Shown one piece after another: positions 61,005-64,000 of a stretch of DNA of 64,000 bases. The notes under the pieces were generated by a model, which made no database searches, had not been told where the DNA came from, and saw only the letters and a program-made list of their open reading frames with translations. The DNA lies in assembly GCA_020852475.1 (NCBI GenBank), contig JADZAR010000086.1, forward strand, positions 32,631 to 96,630, read 5' to 3'. Source of the DNA: Nitrosomonas sp. (GTDB lineage Bacteria > Pseudomonadota > Gammaproteobacteria > Burkholderiales > Nitrosomonadaceae). The position numbers and the translations under genes are program-made. The number at the start of each line of letters is the position of its first letter. The first letter of the stretch is position 1.

Positions 61005-61382
61005 AGCCTCGATACAAATAAAAAATGGGCTGAAATAGCCCATCAAAATTAGCGCTAATTTTATCAAATATTTAAAAAATAAGAAACATGTATCGAAATT
61101 TTGCAGCACTTGCAAATGACCTGCGGCACAATCGTTCAGTGAGAAATTTATAGAACAATGATGGCGTTATACGTTATAGTAAATCCTAAAATTGTATTTG
61201 CCCTACTTCAGAAATATTAAATATCAATATCTCTTTCCACCAGAAAAGGATGATAAATCGAACCATTAATGGATGAAGTAAAATTACAAAACACATAGAA
61301 TCATCTAAACAAGCAACACTCTGAAACACTTACCTGCCAGATTTACTGATATCAGAGAAAATGTAACGAACAAAAAAGGAGC

Positions 61383-61898
61383 ATGAACATTATGACTTTA
61401 CTTGGCAGCGCCAATACAGACAATTTTTTCACGCATGCCGTTATCGGGATGTTGTTTTTATTCCTGCTTTTCCCGGCATCTCTGAATGCCGAAGTTATTG
61501 GCAGTGTATCAACCAAATTCAAACTATTAGGAGCAAACGACAAAATAGTCATCGAAGCTTTTGATGATCCAGACATCAAAGGCGCCACTTGTTATCTCAG
61601 TCGCGCGAAAACTGGCGGAGTAAGCGGTGTGGTCGGCATCGCCGAGGATACTTCAGATGCATCGATTGCATGCCGACAGATTGGACCGATCACTTTACCC
61701 GAAGAAATCAAGAGCGGCAAAGCTGATGGTGAAGAAGTTTTCAAAAAAAGCACCTCCCTGCTTTTCAAATCTTTGCAGGTCGTTCGGTTTTATGACCCCA
61801 AAAGAAACGTGCTGATCTATCTAACCTACAGTGATCGCATTATCGAAGGGTCACCCAAAAACAGCATCTCTACCATTCCCATCATGCCGTGGCGTTAG
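61383..61898 (+). CDS. creA: CreA-family periplasmic protein
   Basis: It has a signal peptide, then [28 protein letters not shown]...[17 protein letters not shown]. Confidence 0.75.
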   Translation: MNIMTLLGSANTDNFFTHAVIGMLFLFLLFPASLNAEVIGSVSTKFKLLGANDKIVIEAFDDPDIKGATCYLSRAKTGGVSGVVGIAEDTSDASIACRQIGPITLPEEIKSGKADGEEVFKKSTSLLFKSLQVVRFYDPKRNVLIYLTYSDRIIEGSPKNSISTIPIMPWR

Positions 61899-61953
61899 CA
61901 AGTTATTAAAACATGAATGCCGGTCGCCGAAAAATCCCAGCAACCTATTCTTT

Positions 61954-62994
61954 TTACTGCAATGAAATCCGCATCATTTTATTTGCCTGCTCAATACGAA
62001 AATGATGCAGTATGTTCATTCCCAGCAGCGCCTCCTCAAACATGTCGGGCAAAACGACCACTTCGACATCATTGAGCTGAAATGCGCCGAATGTAATTAC
62101 CGATGCGATTGCCATGCAGGCATCCACGCCACCGTTTGCGGTCATTACATGATGAGGAAGGCATTCGCGGATGCCGGCGCGCTCCGCAATTTTCGATGAA
62201 ATGGAAACATATGTCGCGCCGGTATCAATCAAAAATAGAATGGGCAGATCATTAATGGCTCCCGCACTGAAATAATGACCGTTGTTTGCCTGCAGCAATT
62301 CAATTTCCCCCGCGCCGACAATCTCCAGTGGTCGTTGTTTCTCCTTCTGGTAAGCCGGATAGTGAGCACTGTAAGCAAGCGCCAGTTGAACCGGATCAAT
62401 CCCCGATCCGTAAAATTCAAGCGTTGTTATTTTTCCCGCCTGCACTGCAATTCCGCCGTCAACAGTAATCTTCGGACCATCAGAAAATTCGTTTTCCAGA
62501 TCACATCCTACTGAACCCACAAAGACTTGCATGCCATAATGACCTACAGGTGCACTGAAGTGCGCCGCATCACCCGGCGCAACCGAGATCGCAACGAAAT
62601 ACGCCGAATTTGATACATCGGTCAATAATGCGGTCAATGGATGATCATGCTGATTATCGATCTGCACGCCGGAATACCACACATCGGTGCGATTCATCAC
62701 AGATGAGTCAATGACATGCGCGACGCCGTGCGGCGGCAATAGCTGACATTTTTCCGATTGCACCCCGGTAATGCCGGATGTTTGCACTTCACCTGGACTA
62801 TGAAATACGCTCGGCAATTTGTAGTGGCGAGACAGCATGATCAGTATCACTGCCAGAATCAGAACCAACGCTATCAAGCGCAAAACATTTCGAACCGCCG
62901 CTTCCGTGTTTTGGCTACAAGCCTCTGGCTTCGCCTGTCTTCTGTCAGTAGTACCGCGCCGTGAATTATAACCACCCCGTTCCGGCATTCTCAT
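61954..62994 (-). CDS. Membrane-anchored retropepsin-like (clan AA, TIGR02281-type) aspartic protease with an extra ~170-aa middle domain
   Basis: The C-terminal region has FLIDTGATYVSIS (DTGA) and LLGMNILHHF. It has an Arg-rich N-terminal tail and one TM segment (LIALVLILAVILIML). Confidence 0.7.
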   Translation of the reverse strand: MRMPERGGYNSRRGTTDRRQAKPEACSQNTEAAVRNVLRLIALVLILAVILIMLSRHYKLPSVFHSPGEVQTSGITGVQSEKCQLLPPHGVAHVIDSSVMNRTDVWYSGVQIDNQHDHPLTALLTDVSNSAYFVAISVAPGDAAHFSAPVGHYGMQVFVGSVGCDLENEFSDGPKITVDGGIAVQAGKITTLEFYGSGIDPVQLALAYSAHYPAYQKEKQRPLEIVGAGEIELLQANNGHYFSAGAINDLPILFLIDTGATYVSISSKIAERAGIRECLPHHVMTANGGVDACMAIASVITFGAFQLNDVEVVVLPDMFEEALLGMNILHHFRIEQANKMMRISLQ

Positions 62995-63130
62995 CCTTTT
63001 CTCTTTTTTTACCCAGCATGATAACTCATAAACCTTACGGTTCTTTCACACACTGGCTTAAGAAAAGCAGCATCACATCATCGAAAAAACGTACCGACAC
63101 CTTCCGAAGAAATACCAAAAAGCAGTGAAA

Positions 63131-64000
63131 TCAACCCGCCTGCTCAACGATATAATTCTTTATCGCGCCTACGTCAGCATCCTTGACGACAAACCGCTGC
63201 GGCAAGTCTTCCAGATGCTCATAACCGGCAGGTCGAGGTGGCTTCTGGCCGATAGCTTCCTGTATGCTCTCGGAAAATTTGGCGGGTTGGGCGGTTTCCA
63301 TACAAATAAGCGGAATATTTTTTTCGCGTAATGCGTATCCGACTTTCAGTCCATCAGCTGTATGTGTATCAACCAGTACGCGGTATTTTTGATGAATCTC
63401 ACGTATTGTCGCGATACGAGCGGCATGATTGCTGCTGCCGGACACAAAACCGAAGTCCTTGATACTTTCAAAAAATGGTGTTCCGGACAATTCAAAAGCC
63501 TGACCTTTGTCTACAAAGGACCATAATCCGGCTACCTTCTCAGCATCCCTGCCAGTTAGATCGAAAATAAAGCGCTCAAAATTGGAAGCCTTGGAAATAT
63601 CCATGGATGGACTGCTGGTATGCCTGGTTTCACTGGTTGCGCGCGGCCGGTAAACACCTGTTCTGAAAAATTCGTCGAGCACATCGTTTTCGTTCGTCGC
63701 CAGAATAAGTTGCCGAATTGGCAGACCCATCATGCGTGCAACATGCCCAGCGCAAATATTACCGAAATTGCCTGACGGCACAGCAAAAGCAACTTCTTCG
63801 TCATTGGACCGAGTTGCCGCGAAATAGCCTTTGAAATAATAAACGATCTGCGCGGCAACACGCGCCCAGTTGATTGAATTGACTGTACCAATGTGATGCG
63901 CCTGCTTGAATGCATGATCATTACTGACCGCCTTGACGATATCCTGGCAGTCATCAAAAACACCACGTATGGCTATGTTGAAAATATTCTCATCCTGCAG
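63131..64000 (-). CDS. thrC: Threonine synthase (C-terminal ~290 codons; the 5' part lies beyond the window)
   Basis: The frame is open to nt 64000 and reads LQDENIFNIAIRGVFDDCQDIVK...AVPSGNFGNICAGH. The track 'start' at 63781 is an internal GTG. Confidence 0.9.
   Translation of the reverse strand: MQDENIFNIAIRGVFDDCQDIVKAVSNDHAFKQAHHIGTVNSINWARVAAQIVYYFKGYFAATRSNDEEVAFAVPSGNFGNICAGHVARMMGLPIRQLILATNENDVLDEFFRTGVYRPRATSETRHTSSPSMDISKASNFERFIFDLTGRDAEKVAGLWSFVDKGQAFELSGTPFFESIKDFGFVSGSSNHAARIATIREIHQKYRVLVDTHTADGLKVGYALREKNIPLICMETAQPAKFSESIQEAIGQKPPRPAGYEHLEDLPQRFVVKDADVGAIKNYIVEQAG

Noticed and set aside
1-64000. Search by eye for CRISPR arrays, tRNA/rRNA genes, IS transposases and toxin-antitoxin pairs
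   Set aside because: No spaced direct-repeat arrays were seen. The only tRNA-like T-arm (GGTTCGATTCC) belongs to tmRNA. No transposase-like ORF is present apart from the integrase. All intergenic regions are 513 bp or shorter. A computational scan (tRNAscan-SE, Infernal/Rfam, ISfinder) would be needed to be definitive.

Overview
The window reads as an ordinary chromosomal stretch. By gene order and the tmRNA tag it is probably betaproteobacterial, possibly Nitrosomonadales-like; this is a guess I cannot verify. The left ~6.1 kb is accessory DNA: the right-hand end of an integrative island inserted at the 3' end of ssrA (tmRNA). It carries a 5'-truncated hsdS, hsdR, a DUF45/YgjP-type HExxH hydrolase and a P4/CP4-57-type integrase. 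The rest is densely packed core genes. In window order these are:
- gph-ubiG-mtaD and an OmpA-family gene
- a GldA/F/G-like ABC module plus DUF4340
- mutM, proC-yggT-yggU, rluE and a membrane fatty-acid desaturase
- rpmB-rpmG (rpmG is below the ORF-track cutoff and was found by reading)
- an orphan hydrogenase-maturation module: endopeptidase, hypA, hypB and a half-length hypF
- dusB-fis-purH-purD and a UbiH-family monooxygenase
- secreted ankyrin and Sel1 repeat proteins, then ubiX
- lptCAB-rpoN-hpf-ptsN-hprK
- nadA, rlpA, and pilC-pilD-coaE
- a DUF2868 plus GTPase/DUF3482 pair, a class-I amidotransferase and bcp
- the complete ccmABCDEFGHI system
- rimP-nusA-infB-rbfA-truB, creA, a retropepsin-like protease and thrC (3' part)

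I found no rRNA, tRNA, CRISPR array or IS transposase.

I see no unmistakable new multi-gene system. The candidates most worth follow-up are:
- the uncharacterised DUF2868/GTPase membrane pair
- the DUF45 hydrolase tightly linked to hsdR
- a ~145-bp intergenic repeat present twice, one copy splitting an ABC operon and the other supplying the stop codon of hypF
- the orphan hyp module with a truncated HypF
- a desaturase whose C-terminal tail looks like a piece of an ISL3-type transposase

All family assignments come from motif recognition by eye. No searches were run.
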